From NCBI RefSeq assembly GCF_009914755.1, contig NC_060938.1: a DNA stretch of 64,000 nt. One strand, 5' to 3'. Each line of letters opens with the position of its first letter. The first letter of the stretch is position 1. Shown here piece after piece: positions 1 through 13,874 of the stretch. The notes below the pieces were generated by a model. That model saw only the letters and a program-made list of their open reading frames with translations. It did not search any database and was not told the origin of the DNA. Source of the stretch: the human T2T-CHM13v2.0 reference genome, Homo sapiens. The translations under genes were made by a program, and so were the position numbers.

Positions 1-1116
1 TTTAGCAAATATATGCAGAAACTGTGCTAAATGTAGAAATACATGTCAAATTATGAGAAAAAATACCTTCCCTAAAATAGAATTGAAGTTTTTATAACAA
101 GATCAATGATTTTAAATCACCAGGTCTTATAATGCTTGCTTTTTAGGAGTTTGTGCTATCTTTTGAAGAATCACTAGGTAATTTTTGCTTTGAAAGCATG
201 AAAGTCACCAGCAAGTTGGTTTTCACAGGGTTGTAAATAAATACCAAAGAAATATAGAAAGTTTCCTAAGCTTTTGTCATGATGGTGGTATATTATGTAA
301 TAATAACTTATAAGGTAAACTATCTTTGCTAGGAGAAAAATAGTACTACATTTAAAAAGGGCAAGAACATGTTTATCAGGCCCAGAATAATACTAGGGTT
401 TCCTGAGAGTTTCAAAATGTACTAAACAGCTTGGACAAAGATGTCTTCTATGCTTCCAAGCAGCAGCTTGTATTACCAGCCTCCTACTGAGATCTCTGCC
501 CTGTCTAGTAGGATCCATAATGTTTTTGCTGTATTCAGAGTTTTATGTCATATAGTAATTACATGAGACACATATCTTTTAGTTGATTAATTACTGCTTG
601 TTAGAATTTCCCCAAGTGACCAGATAGACTACTTTGCACGTTGGAAAAGAGCAGGGAACACACGCTGACAAACACAGGACTGAAATATAGGTCTGTAAGG
701 GGTATGGCTTCAATTGTCTGTTTGCTTTACTCACAATATTCATAAAGTCATTGTGATCTAGGGTCTAACAGATACAGAAATCAACTTTAAACAAAAAACA
801 AGATAGTTTCTTTATCTTCACACATTGCGAAGACCACAGAAGGATTATATAAAAATTACTAAAGTCACATCATTAAATAGGATCAATTTACTGTGTTATC
901 TACCCTTACATTAACTCAATATAATTTTTGTAAATGTATTTATAAAACATAAACACTACATAGTTGATTTTTACTAAAAGCTATATGTGCATACTTTAAA
1001 AATTCAATCATGACCGATGGGGTAAGTACAAAACTTGTCCCATAAGACCTCAGGGAATGCTATTTTTCTTTCTTAATTCTCGACTACTTCAATATTTCTA
1101 AATAATATAGGTATAT

Positions 1117-1411
1117 ATTTTTAAAGTTTTATTTTGGGCTCAGGGGTACATGTGTGGGTTAGTTATAGGTAAATTGAATGTCACAGGAGTTTGGTGTACA
1201 GATTACTTCGCCATCCAGGTAATAAGCATAGTACCCAATAGGTGGTCATTCGATCCTCAGCTTCCTCCCTTCCTTAAACACGCCCTGGTGTCTATTGTTC
1301 TCTTCTTTGTGTTCATAATGTACTCAATGTTTAGCTACCACTTATAGTTGAGAACACGTGGTATTTGGTTTTCTGTTCCTGCGTTAGTTCATGTAGCTCC
1401 ATCCATATTGT
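1117..1411 (-). mobile_element. L1 3' end fragment (L1PA14/15-like)
   Basis: T-rich tail then CAGGGGTACATGTG...CCAGGTAATAAGCATAGTACCCAATAGGT...GAGAACACGTGGTATTTGGTTTTCTGTTCC, which matches the antisense 3'UTR of older L1PA. Confidence 0.85.
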
Positions 1412-1552
1412 TTCTCATTCTAAATCAAGTGTATACAACCTCTGTTGACTTCTTATTCTACTATTTCCACATCAGTTTTTCTTGCTCTCATCATCGATAA
1501 CATTTAATCATTTATGTACTATGCTTGAAAATTCCCCTGTTAATTTTAATTT

Positions 1553-2830
1553 ATGTATTTTAACTTTACATGCAGTGAAATTCACTCTTTGGGATATACA
1601 GTTCTTCTACGAGTTTTGACAAAGGCATAGAGTTGTGTATACCACAATAAGAAAAGTATGGGGCAATCCCTCACCTAGAACATGCCCTAGTACTGTCCCT
1701 TTGTAATCAACCCTTTCCCCGGTTTCTAAAACCTGGCATCTATCAATCATTTGTTCTCGTTCCCTATAGTTTCGTCTTTTTCAGTATGTTATACAAATGG
1801 AATTTTGCACGACGTAGCCCTTTGAGCCTGGCTTCTTTCCCTTATCATAATTCATTTGAAATTCATGTTTATTATTACTTGTATCAGTCATTTGCTCCTT
1901 CTTATTGCTGAGTAGTATTCACTGCATGGATTCATCAGGGTCTGTTTTTCTTTACACTGGCTGAAGGGCATCTAGTTGTTTTTTTTTTTTTATTTTTGGA
2001 GCTTATAAATTAAGCTACTTTAAAAATCCCTATAAAAATTTTAATGAATTAAAGTGTTATTTCTTTTGGGTAAACTCCTAGGGAGAAAACTCATGGCATC
2101 ATAACGTAAGTATATGTTTAGTTTAATAAGAAAATGCTAAACTCTTGGCTGTATCATTTTTGCATTCTTACCAGCAATGTACGAAATTTCTGGCTGCTCT
2201 GTAAACTTGCCACCAAATGTAGCTTTGTCAGGTTATTCTTTCAGTTATTGTTGTTTACCAATCTAATAGGTGTCTATTGTTATCTCCTTATGCCTTTAAT
2301 TTGTATTATCCCAATGACTAATCATATCAAACACCTTTTCATATGCTGATTTGCCACTGATATATCTTCTTTGGTGAGTCTCTATTCAAAATTGTGCTCA
2401 TTTTTTCATTGGGTGGTTTTTGTGAGTTTTTAGAGTTCTTTTTATACTATGGATAAAAAGTTCCTTGGGAGACACCACCTTTGTAAATATCTTTCTCCAG
2501 TATATAGCTTGTCTTTTAATTCTCTTAACAGTGTTTTCACAGAAAAAAAATTAATTTTGGTAAAGTGCCATCTATCAATATTTTCTTTGGGGAATCATAC
2601 TTTTGGTATCATATCTAAGAACACTTTTCTGATTCAAAGTTCACTAAAACTATCTCTTATGTTTTCCTTTAGAAGTTTCGAGTTTTACATTTTACATTTA
2701 AATATGTCATCTGTTTTGAGTAAATTATTATATAAAGTAAAAGGCCTACACCAAGGTATTTTATTTTTAATTTTTAAATTTGCATATGGATATTCAAATG
2801 CTCTAGCAACATTTGTTAAAAAGACTTGTT
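1553..2830 (-). mobile_element. Old L1M (L1MC/ME-like) 3'UTR and ORF2 end
   Basis: Degenerate antisense L1M motifs (GTGAAATTCACTCTT, ATTGCTGAGTAGTATTC, CATTTGTTAAAAAGACT); boundaries approximate. Confidence 0.75.
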
Positions 2831-3370
2831 TTTTATTTTATTTTTGATTGTACATATTTATAAAGTATAGTGTGATGTTGTGATACATGGCTAACTTGTA
2901 TAATGATCAAGTCAGGGTAATTAGTATTTCTGTCACCTCAAACATGTATCAGTTCCTTATGGTAAGAACATTTAAATTTCTCTCTTCTAGCTTTTTTGAA
3001 ATACACAATATGTAATTGTAAATTATAGTCATCCTACTGTGCATTGGAACGCAGAAGGCTTTTCTCATATCTAACTGTAACATTGTACCTGCTGTCCTAC
3101 TTCTCCCATCCCCCTTCTCCTTACCCTCCCCTGACTCAGATAACTTGTATTTTACTCTCTACTTCTATGAGCTCAACTTTTAAAACTTCCACATAGGAGT
3201 GAGATCATGTGGTATTTCTATTTTTGTGCCTGACTTATTCCAGTTAATTTAGTGTTCTCTAGATTCATCTATGTTGTCACAAATGGCAAGATTTCATTGA
3301 TTTTATGGGTGAACATTATTTCATTGTGTATAACACATTTTCTTTAACCATTCATTTGCTAATTGGACAA
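2830..3370 (-). mobile_element. L1MA (L1MA8-10-like) 3' end
   Basis: TAATGATCAAGTCAGGGTAATTAG...GTGAGATCATGTGGTATTT...CATCTATGTTGTCACAAATGGCAAGATTTC, typical L1MA antisense 3'UTR. Confidence 0.8.
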
Positions 3371-4357
3371 CAGATATCATTGATGACACTGATACTACTG
3401 GATAATATACTATATCACTACCAGTAGAATGACTTGTAGAATTGTGGATAAATTGCTACATTACCCCAAGAATCACATAATAACAGATTTCTCAAATGAA
3501 GTATTATAGGAGGTTCAGATGCTGAATGAAAAAAAAAAAAAAAGACAACTACAGACAAAAATTTTAAATATGTAAAATTTTTCTAGGTACCTTCTGTCTT
3601 GCTTCCAATGTAGACTGATTTCTTTGTAGGCTGCCTATTCCCATCCAGGAATATTTTTTATTATATGTAGAGATGATGCCAGCTGTTTCTTTGATGTTAT
3701 GTTGTACACATTAATGGGTTACTTTTAATGTTTGACTGAGGGACATCTCCAAGTATTTATCATATTATACATGGCTGATACTGGTTTTCTTTGTTTTTCT
3801 GTAGGTCAGCTTCCCCCAATATTTTTCTACTTTGGATAGGAGGACTACCTCTCAGCATTTCCTGTAATGGCATGTGAGTAAGAAGCAGATAGACAAGCTA
3901 GTTTTCACCGTAGTTTCCGAAAGTAAAAAAATACATTAAAACTAATAAATGGAAAAATTCTGATGGGTTAATACTTCCACCAGGATCCCTAGTTCTCCCA
4001 TATATATTGTTCAGTTTCTTTGGGGAGCAGTTCTTCAGCTTTGGTCTGGAAGTAACCAGTATCTCTGTCAATGCTGGGCTTGCATATGAAGAGTGAAGAC
4101 TGCCTAGTTGTGCAGTTGCATAGAAAGCCTTTAACAGTATGAACATTCAATTAATCACTATCATAGTTTAATATTATTGATAATATGATTAATAAAATGA
4201 TTTATGTTTCATCCAAACTCTCAGACCACGTGATCATTGTTGCTAGGCTCGTAACCTTTTTAGACTTCTTTTTTCCCACTGAAGGGAATTGCTGTCTTAT
4301 CTACTGTTATCTTGTGCCTTTTTGTGAACTTTGCTATGTTCATTCTGTTTCATCAGT

Positions 4358-5617
4358 TATTGGAAAATTAGATAGCCACATGCAGAAGAATGAGGCTGGA
4401 TCCATATCACTTACCATATACAAAAATAAACTCAATATGGAGTAAAGAATTAAATGTAAGATCTGAAGTCATAAAAGTTCTAGAAGAAAACCTAGAAAAA
4501 ATTCTTCTGGATGTTGCCTAGCCAAAGAATTGATAACTAAGACCCCAAAGTCAGATGCAACAAAACTAAAAATAACGGGAAGTAATTAAACTAACAAGCT
4601 TCTGCACATCAAAAGAAATGATCATGAGAATAAATAGACAACCTACGGAATGGGAAAAATATCACAAACTATACATCTGACAAAAGGCAAATATCAACAA
4701 CGGGTTCAAACAAATCTGCAAGAAAAAACAACTATTCCCATTAAAAAGTGAGCAAATGACATAAAGAGACATTTATCAAAATAAGATTTTGAATTGGTCA
4801 AAAATATATGACAAAATGTTCAACATCACTAATCTTAGGGAAATGCAAAATAAAACCATAATGAGATACCACCTTTCCCTAGTCAGAATGACTCTCACTG
4901 AAAAGTGAAAAAACAGTAAGTATTGGCATGGGTACAGTGAAAAGGGAATGCATACACACTGTTGGTGGAAATGTCATACGCTGTTGTTGGGAATGTAAAT
5001 TAATACGACCTCTATGAAAAGCAGTATGAAGATTTGTCAAACAACCAATAGAAGATCTACTATTCAATCTAGCAATTCCACTACTGGGTATCTACCCAAA
5101 GGAAAAGAAAGTCATTATATAGAAAAGATATCTGCACTCACATGCACAGTTCACAATTGCAAAGATATGGAGTCAACCCTAGTGCCCATCAACCAATGAA
5201 TGGATAAACAAAATGTGATATATATATACACACACACCCACATACACACACCATGGAATATGACTTAGCCATAAAAAGGAATGAAATAATGTCTTTTGTA
5301 GCAACTTGCATGGGATGGGAGGCCATTTTCCTAAGTGAAGTAACTCAGGAAGGGTAAACTAAATATTGCATATTCTCACTTATAAGTGGGAGTTGTGCTG
5401 TGGTTATGCAAAGGCATACAGAATGTTATAATGGATTTTGGAGACTCAGAAGGGGAGAGAGTGAGGGGGGTGAGGGATGAAAAATCACCTACTAGGTACA
5501 GTGTATACTATTCAGGTGACAGGTACACTGAAGGCCCAAACTTCACCACTATACAATTTATCCATGTAACCAAGAACCATTTGTACCCCTAAAGCTATTG
5601 AAACTTAAAAAAAAAAT
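4358..5617 (+). mobile_element. 5'-truncated L1PB-like element (ORF2 C-terminus, 3'UTR, poly-A)
   Basis: Degenerate ORF2 end (ATGAGATACCAC, CCACTACTGGGTATCTACCCAAAGGAAAAG), L1PB-type 3'UTR ending TATCCATGTAACCAAGAACC...GCTATTGAAA and an A-tail at 5608-5617. Confidence 0.9.
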
Positions 5618-5639
5618 CATATTCACAGTCCTGATATCT

Positions 5640-5686
5640 ATCTCTGTCCTATTAGTTCTGTTTCTCTGGAGAATACTGACTAATAC
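5640..5686 (+). mobile_element. MLT2 (ERVL) LTR terminal fragment
   Basis: CCTATTAGTTCTGTTTCTCTGGAGAATACTGACTAATAC resembles the MLT2 LTR 3' end. Confidence 0.6.
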
Positions 5687-7037
5687 GGTTAATTTGTCTT
5701 CCAAGCTGCCAGTTTTACAACAGGACAATAGCTTACGGACAGGGAGAACACATATCAATCCATAAACTCCTCTAATTCCCAAACTAGAAAGTACCAAGGT
5801 GCAGCTGTAGCTCAGCCTCACTTTTTCACACATGCTAAAGAGAAACCTAGAGGCTAAGTGATGTGCTCGTGTGCTTAGTAAGTGGAAGAACGACAACTAG
5901 GTCTCAGTTTTCTCATTATCATCCCCACTGTTTTTCTAAGACTTCGATTTTCATTATTTTTCTTCAGAAAAAACAATAGCCAACAACAATAAACCATACA
6001 CTTTTGCCTCATAAGTCTATTGCTGCACTCTGTATGGATATACCAGCATCTTGCTACTAGCTGCCTGAGGGTAGGTAACTAAATTCAGGCCCAGGTCTCA
6101 TGTAGTTTGGCCAGGAGTGTGTAAAATGCTAATTTATGTTTACATAAAGTATTTCCGATCTAGTGGTTTTCTGAATAGCACTAGAATCTGTGTCATGTTT
6201 ACATGTTTTAGACTTTATGAATGTGTTATTTGCAAATGTTTGAGCAATTAAATAATATAATTATAAAATACCTTCTGTCAGGATGCTCAAAGCACTATGT
6301 ATATATAATAATTACTACATTATAAAAATGTAATAAGCAATCACCCACTAAGATAAATTTAGAGGGAAAAAAGTTTAGGATAGTGTTACATAAATGTAGA
6401 AAGGATTAATTGTAAATTCAAAAAATGACTGCAAACATGATTAAATGCAAAGACAAACACAAATCAAGCTAAGCACATTTGTCTTTGGAAAAGGAATTAT
6501 AAAAATGTTTGGCAATAAAATGAAACTGCTTATAAGTCATTTCAAAATAATGGTACACCCTGGGTGATTTTATTCGTTCTATAACTTTAAAGCTGTGACC
6601 CAGTGCCTTGTATGTGCTTTCTTGTAAAGTTATAACCTAATTATGAAGTGACCAGATATGAAAGAGTTGCTATGAATCTGCTGCAGCCTCCAAGTGTGAC
6701 GTCTGATGTTTAAAACTCTTCTAATGAAAATTGCACGGAATAACCATCAATAGAAAAAGATTAGATACTATGGTGCAGTAAAGCGAAATAGAAATTGGTT
6801 TTACTCCCTGTCAGGTTATGATTGGATTATCATGGACTCAATACTGGAACCAGAGAAAATTATTTCTTTCTTTAAATATACAATTCAGTAACTGAATAGG
6901 CAAGGTTATTCCTGTTAGTTAAGGAGTTTTTTTTAAAACCATTGGAAATAATTATATATTGTACCTTTCCTTCTATTCAAAATGCCCTTTTACCTCTATT
7001 GTTATTTTATGAAAATACTTTACAGTGCTGCAAGAGA

Positions 7038-7068
7038 AAAACAAACAAACAAACAAACAAAAAAACAA
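7038..7068 (+). repeat. (AAAC)n simple repeat
   Basis: Direct reading. Confidence 0.9.
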
Positions 7069-7129
7069 GTCTCTCAACTCCAGAAACTCTCCAGGATATT
7101 GTCTTGTATTTCTATGCAGACGTTTATGT

Positions 7130-7168
7130 GGGGGGGGGGGGGTGGTGGGTGGGGAGAGGGGGGGGTGG
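7130..7168 (+). repeat. G-rich tract with G-quadruplex potential
   Basis: G13-TGGT-GGG-T-GGGG-AGA-G8-TGG. Confidence 0.8.
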
Positions 7169-7224
7169 ATGTTTGAGTAATTGATAAAGGAGGGGGTCAA
7201 TCTAAGATCCGGTTAATGTAGCTA

Positions 7225-7551
<327 letters not shown>

Positions 7552-7889
7552 TCATATACTCTATCCAATTCATTCTACTTTCTAGCACCCCTTTCCAGAG
7601 TGCCAGGTTTAAGTATTCCACCCAGGGATCTCTATAATTTTCTACAGGGAAATCGTTGTCTATGGTATAAAATTACAGCATCACTTAATATTTTCATCTC
7701 TACATTTCTCATTACTAAAGTGCAAATATGAGTTTTTAAAAGGTAAGATTCTGACTTTACAAATTCACACTGAAATGTGAATGTTAATCATGACCATATT
7801 GGCATGTTTAGGAATATTTGTCTAATAAAAGAATATACTTACATATTCTAGTAAATATACCTTTGGTGATGACATTTCAGACAAGCTGG

Positions 7890-8330
7890 GTGCAACAGGA
7901 GAATTGTATCCCAAGAAGATTCTACCTCTTAATTCCCAGACTATAAGTATGTTATTTTACATGTGTAAAATAACTTTGCAGATGTAATTAAACTTACTAA
8001 TCAGTTGAATTTAAAACAGAAAGATTGCCCTGGATTATCCAGCAGCAGAGGCCCAGTATAATTTCCAAATACCTTAGACACAGAAGAGTAAGACATAAAG
8101 GGAAGTAAGAGAAATTGGAAACACAAGAAGGATTCAATGTTTTTTGTTTGCTTAAATATGAACAGGACAATATAGCAAAAAAACAAAAACAAAAACAAAA
8201 CAAAAAAACAGGGACCTCAGTCCTACAGTCACAAGAAACCAAATTCTTCCAATAATCACCAACCTTGGGAGAAGCTGATACAGAGCCCTAGAAGAGAAGT
8301 GTAGTACTGACCAGTACCTTAATACCCGAA
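7890..8330 (+). mobile_element. MLT1 (MLT1D/E-like) MaLR LTR remnant
   Basis: ACTTTGCAGATGTAATTAA...CCTGGATTATCC...GGGACCTCAGTCCTACAGTCACAAGAAAC. Confidence 0.75.
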
Positions 8331-10689
8331 TAGCACTGCTCTATTCATTCATTTAAAAATATTACTGATTAAATTATTGCAATTTTAAAAATAAAGCATC
8401 TAAGCTCCTGCCCGTAAGAAATTTCTATAGGAGCTGAAGAGATAAAGCGCATGTTGAATTATATGGAATGATTAAAAGACACTTTTTTTCATAAAAGAGG
8501 TATGAATAAATTGAGACATCAGAAAAGTGAAATGTCACTCACAGCTGTTGATGAAATGTTGGGAGGTTTCCTGGAGTAACTGGCATCTAGGCTGCTGAGT
8601 TGACTCAAACTTCACCATTTTATTTTGACAAGTAACTGAAAGTGTTAATTTCTATATCTTTGGCACAACCAAAACAGGCTATTTACTTGACTATTAAATA
8701 GTTACATTTAATGTTTGTCTTTTTTTTGCATGTATTATAGTCTTCTATTTTGGTCCTAAAATAAGATTCTAAAGCTATTGTCCTTACTAATATGTATGTG
8801 TGTTCTTAATAATACATAGAATAGTGAAGTTTTGGGAGAAAGTAATAAGGCACATATGGATATATATTGTTAGTCTTGAGTTGACAAAATAAGACATTTC
8901 AATACATTAGTATTCTTTATTAATTTGTACTAAAAATATTAATGCCAAAGAGAAAATGGCATTACTAGCTAAGTAATATTAAATTGAAAAAGGAAACTGG
9001 TCATGGTATATCTGTAAGTTTTTTTTTAATTGATTAATCTTCTCTTCAAGGTAGATAGTCTAATTCAAGTTATTATTCAGTAACTGGATACAGTAGTAAT
9101 GAATTCAGAATGTGCATAGAAGACACATTAGCCAATTCTTGACTTCTATCCGTTTTTCTTTTTTAATAGAACAAATTTCCCATAGCACCTCAGGTGCGAA
9201 GAGAAGCAGAGGCAGGTGAATTTCCTTGATAGCCCATGCCTATATCTTTAACTCCCATTTTACTTGTGGAGCACAGTCAGTGTAGATACTATTGTTCATG
9301 TTTTCTGGATTTATCTCTAACATGTTTTCATGTGCGTAATTTCATACTTGTGTCTCTTGTTGTCCAATATTATCTTGGCCAATAGGTTTATTCACTTCTG
9401 AAGTATACAATGAAATATATAAATGTTGAGCCTTTGTTTTTGCCAGCTCATTATTATTAATCTGTTTATTTTCCAGCATCTTTTTATGCTTTTTTGCAAC
9501 TTCGTTACTTTTCTATTTAGCTGTAAAGACTTAACAAAATCAGAAGGCTGATGTTTGCAGAACACAGGGTTTTCATACTACAAGTCTTCCTGGCAGCATA
9601 TTTTCAAATTTTATGCCTCATCTGCCAAAATCTCTCTCAGCATAAACCCCTACTGGGCAGCTGTATAAATCATGTGTTCCTGTGACCAGGTGTGCCAAGG
9701 ATGACTGTGGAGATACCCCTGTTAAGTAATCCTCCCACTAGAAGAGATACTGGTAACATTGATTTTCAGATGTTGACAGGCTGTCTGACTTAGGAGTCAG
9801 TCAGTTCAAGACTGTTCCAGAATATTTTCATTTAAAGCATGATGGCTAACAGTGAGCTATCAGCTTGGGAACAGTGGGAGCACCTTTTCTGTGCTAAAAA
9901 TTACTGGGAAGCATTGCCCTCTGCAGACTTCAGGAATCTTTAAAACGTGGGCTGCTCCTACCCTGCTAATATTTTCGTTTCCCTTCTGCTCTTGCCAAAA
10001 GAAGCCAAACCATAGTTTCTGTCTAACAAGCATCAATTACTCCATGCAATCAAAAGAAGATATTGATTGATTGCGGAGCTGCCTTGAAGCCGTCAGTCAT
10101 GCAAATTATTATCATTATTAATATCGTTTTGGTTTAGTTTTACAAAATGATGCTTGAGAAGTGGTTACTTTAAGTGTGCCTGTGATGGCCACATTGAAGA
10201 GAAGTAAGACCTCCTTGAGTTGAGAAGAAATAGCTGGCTTTTATTATGAAAGAGCAATTTATGCTAGCTCTTCTTTCACTTAAAATCTAGTATGAAAAGC
10301 GGTGTTATAGGTATATTTTAAATCGCTGTCATAGAAAAGTACATATTATTCCAGCAGTTTGATTTTTAGACATATATTACATACTTGCCCTTCAAAAGAG
10401 TGGAGAAGTAATAAATGTCTTTTGTTTTGTTTTCTGGGTATTTTTAGCCAATGTATTAGCACCTTTGTTCATGTCTTTTATGTAATGTTGTTTACTCTGA
10501 AGTCCTCAGAAGTTAAAGAGAAATAATGTTTTCAGTAGCAGCTAATCATCTGTCCAAAAATAGCAGAATACCACCAGCAAAATATGAAGTATTCAGTGAA
10601 TAGGAGAAGAAATGTCAAACATTAGGTTTTTATCAGTAATGCAAGCTAGGAAATAGATTAATAAGTTAAAATTTGCGATTGCTTGGATT

Positions 10690-10880
10690 CTGATTTTATT
10701 TCAGAAGTCACTGAATTTCTGTGTGAATTTTAGCTACTCTTATCAACTATTAAACAGAAATAATACCATCTATTTCTAATTCATACCAGAGAAACATTGT
10801 TGTGAGGATTAATGCAATAATTTCTATGAAGATACTTTGTATAAATAAAATGTGCTGGGTGAATACAAGGTAGTGCTATT
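10690..10880 (+). mobile_element. MIR SINE remnant
   Basis: Degenerate core TTGTTGTGAGGATTAATGCAATAAT. Confidence 0.55.
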
Positions 10881-13643
10881 GTTTGTTATTACATAGTGAG
10901 AAGGCATTCTGCTTATTTTGTTTTGTTTTTGTTTTCACCTAGTTGTGTTCAATTTTTTAAATGCCCTAGTTCTTGTTTTCTTTAGTGTTAGCTTCTTATG
11001 GTCTCCTTAACTCAATGGTAGATTATTTTCCCTTATGTTTATTTCTGTTTTTCTACCTACCATTTCTTGTTGAAACAGGCCTTACTCTATAGTCAAGAAA
11101 ATGTTGCATCTGTAGGCTTGGAAAAGCCTTTGCAGGCTATTTCAATACAATAAAGAACATATGAAATCTTAATCATGTCCAACAATATAGTATATGAAAA
11201 CTTGCAATTACACTTGTATTACTGGAAGCTGTTGGTAATTTCAGGAAGCATAATCTCTCATGAATTTTATTATGTGATATAATTCCAGTATAATAGCTAA
11301 AGCCTATACTTTTTGTTTCTATTTATCAATCTATATCTTAATCTATTTATAGTCTTCTTCATAATTCATTTTGACAAATAATGAATTTTTTTGTTTTAAT
11401 AATTGTTCTTATTGTTCATATGCTTAAAACTAAAACTTACAAGCTACTTCCAGAGCTGTAACTAGGATTTTTATATTGTAATTAGTGAACGTTAAACAAC
11501 TCATTGTTTTCTATATCTGTGTATTTGTTTACTTGTTTTGAGAGTTGGTTAGGGAAAATTACAATTTATTGTGTATATTCTTTCAATGAACAATAAGAGG
11601 TAATATTCCATTAATTCTGTTGAAAATACTGTTATTTTTTGTAGCTTTTATATTTGATAAAAATAACTTTATAATCTACACATTAATATTTATATTTATA
11701 TAAGAATTTATGTTTCAGTAACCGGTAACTTGAGGTTCTTTTTTATTAAAACAGTTGTTTTTAGGCAAAATCTTAAGAAATTCATTGTTATGTGGGCTCT
11801 CAATTAGTCTCAGAATAAATTGTTATAATTTTTATAAGCCAGATTTCCCTAATCTTTTCCCAATGCAGTGTCCTTCTTCCGTAGCACTGTAACCACTCAT
11901 TTGTAAGGGATGTAATTATTGTGGAGGTGCTGATGCTGATGGTGTTTCTTTGAGCAGAGTGGGGAAAGATTAACAGGAGACACTCAGCTACAACATTTGC
12001 CCTTTTATTGTGAGAGGTTCCTATGTATCACATTAACTAAAATATATGACAAACATGTAGCTTGCTAAACAATGTGATACATTAACATTTCTGTTATCTA
12101 AACTTTATATAAAAGTTAAGGATAATATCCTTTGCCACCATTTTTGTTCACCTGAGCTCTAGCTGACTTTAAATCCTAGACTTGTAGATATGTAATTAGG
12201 ACTGAAAGAAACAAAGGATTGGTCATTCATATTTGTTCAGTGCTAAAGAGCCTATTCTGAAACTCAACAAAAGCAGTCTGTTTGAGTTTTCTTTCTACAC
12301 TTGTATACATTAATTTTTATGTGGACATGACATATAAGAAATATCATTATTCCTTATGATAATAAAAATGACAATGAGGACAATTTCTTAGCGCTTGATA
12401 AGTGCTAAAATTTGGAAGATACCTTAGAGTTCATCTATTTCAACCTCTTAAACACTGAAAAGTGTTTTTTTCTAATATATCAGATAGCTTTTTCATAAAA
12501 GGTACACTTTCATAAACATACGTTCATAAATAGAAAGCTCATTACCTGTGGAGGAAAATATATTTTTAAAATATATTGTTAACTCACCCAGGTCCTTATA
12601 ATTTCCCATTACTTTAAAACATTCTTTTCAGGAAAATTTTGTACTTATTATACAAACATAAAAGTGATTTAACTGAAACAAACTTAAACTACCAGGGTTA
12701 ATATTTGCCTGTCTCTTTCTACATTTTATATTTTACTGTAGGCCCAAAATATAGTCAACAATGATTCTCAGTAATTCTGCAATGATACTGCTTTTATTTC
12801 CTTACCTCAGTTATTTAAGTAGTCTTAGTATAAGTCTATAAACTAACATAAAATAAAGGTAGTCTTTTATGATGCTCTTCTCTATGTTGGAATTGTTCAT
12901 TTTTCATGCTGATTTTGCTCTTTTCAGTGTAATGTTCATTGGAAGAAGATACAGATAATTTTATCGTCTCTGTTCTTATACTGGCAATAAGCTAAGGTAT
13001 GCCATTTGGTTGTCTTAGCTTGTCAAATACTTGCTGACTTGTTCTGTTAACATAAGAAGTCATTCCAGCTTCTGCCTTTGTGCCTTGGATTATATGATAT
13101 GGACTTTAGAAGTTTTAGATTCTCCCTAAAATGTGCCTGTATCTGGTACCAGTTGTGTAGAGCTAGCTATTTCTATTTCTCTTTTCTATGACATGAGCTT
13201 TTATTTGTCAGTAATTTAACCAAGATTTCTACTGTGAACTTCAACCTAAAATAAACTAGTTCACAGTCTTGACAAAGTTGGTTAGAGCCACTTAAAATAT
13301 AGTTCATTGACTTTATGCACAGAAGTTTTTATTGCCAAAGCAGAAATTACATAAGTAGAAAGCAAAATTATGAGACCCCATTACCTGTTACTATTCTAGA
13401 TGTACCCAGTAATAACGTTGTCTTTGACCTATGAGAAATTATTGGTTTTCATTTCAAACCTAAATGCCCTTCATTTTCCCCTCTTTAACAGCTACAGTAA
13501 TCACAATAGATACCAAATGGTTAAGCCTCAGCCCCACTCATTCCTTTTTGTGGGTGGTGATGTCTCCTTATCTTTATTCTTTATCTATAAGTGACCTTAA
13601 GTCTAGCTAATATTCGCTAGTTTCATTTATGAAAATAACCATG

Positions 13644-13874
13644 GGCTGGGCACCATGGCTCACATCTGTAATCTGAGCACTTTGGGAGGCCGAGGCTGGT
13701 GGATCACTTGAGGTCAAGAATTTGAGACCAGCCTGGCCAATATGGTGAAAATCCATCTCTACTAAAAATACAGAAATTGTCTGGGCGTGGTGGTGGGTGC
13801 CTGTAATCCCAGCTACTCGGGAGGCTGAGGCACAAGAATCACTTGAACCCAGGAGGTGGAGGTTGCAGTGAGCC
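13644..13874 (+). mobile_element. AluS (Sx/Sz-like) lacking the 3' ~50 bp and the poly-A
   Basis: GGCTGGGCACCATGGCTCAC...GGTTGCAGTGAGCC then non-Alu sequence. Confidence 0.95.
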
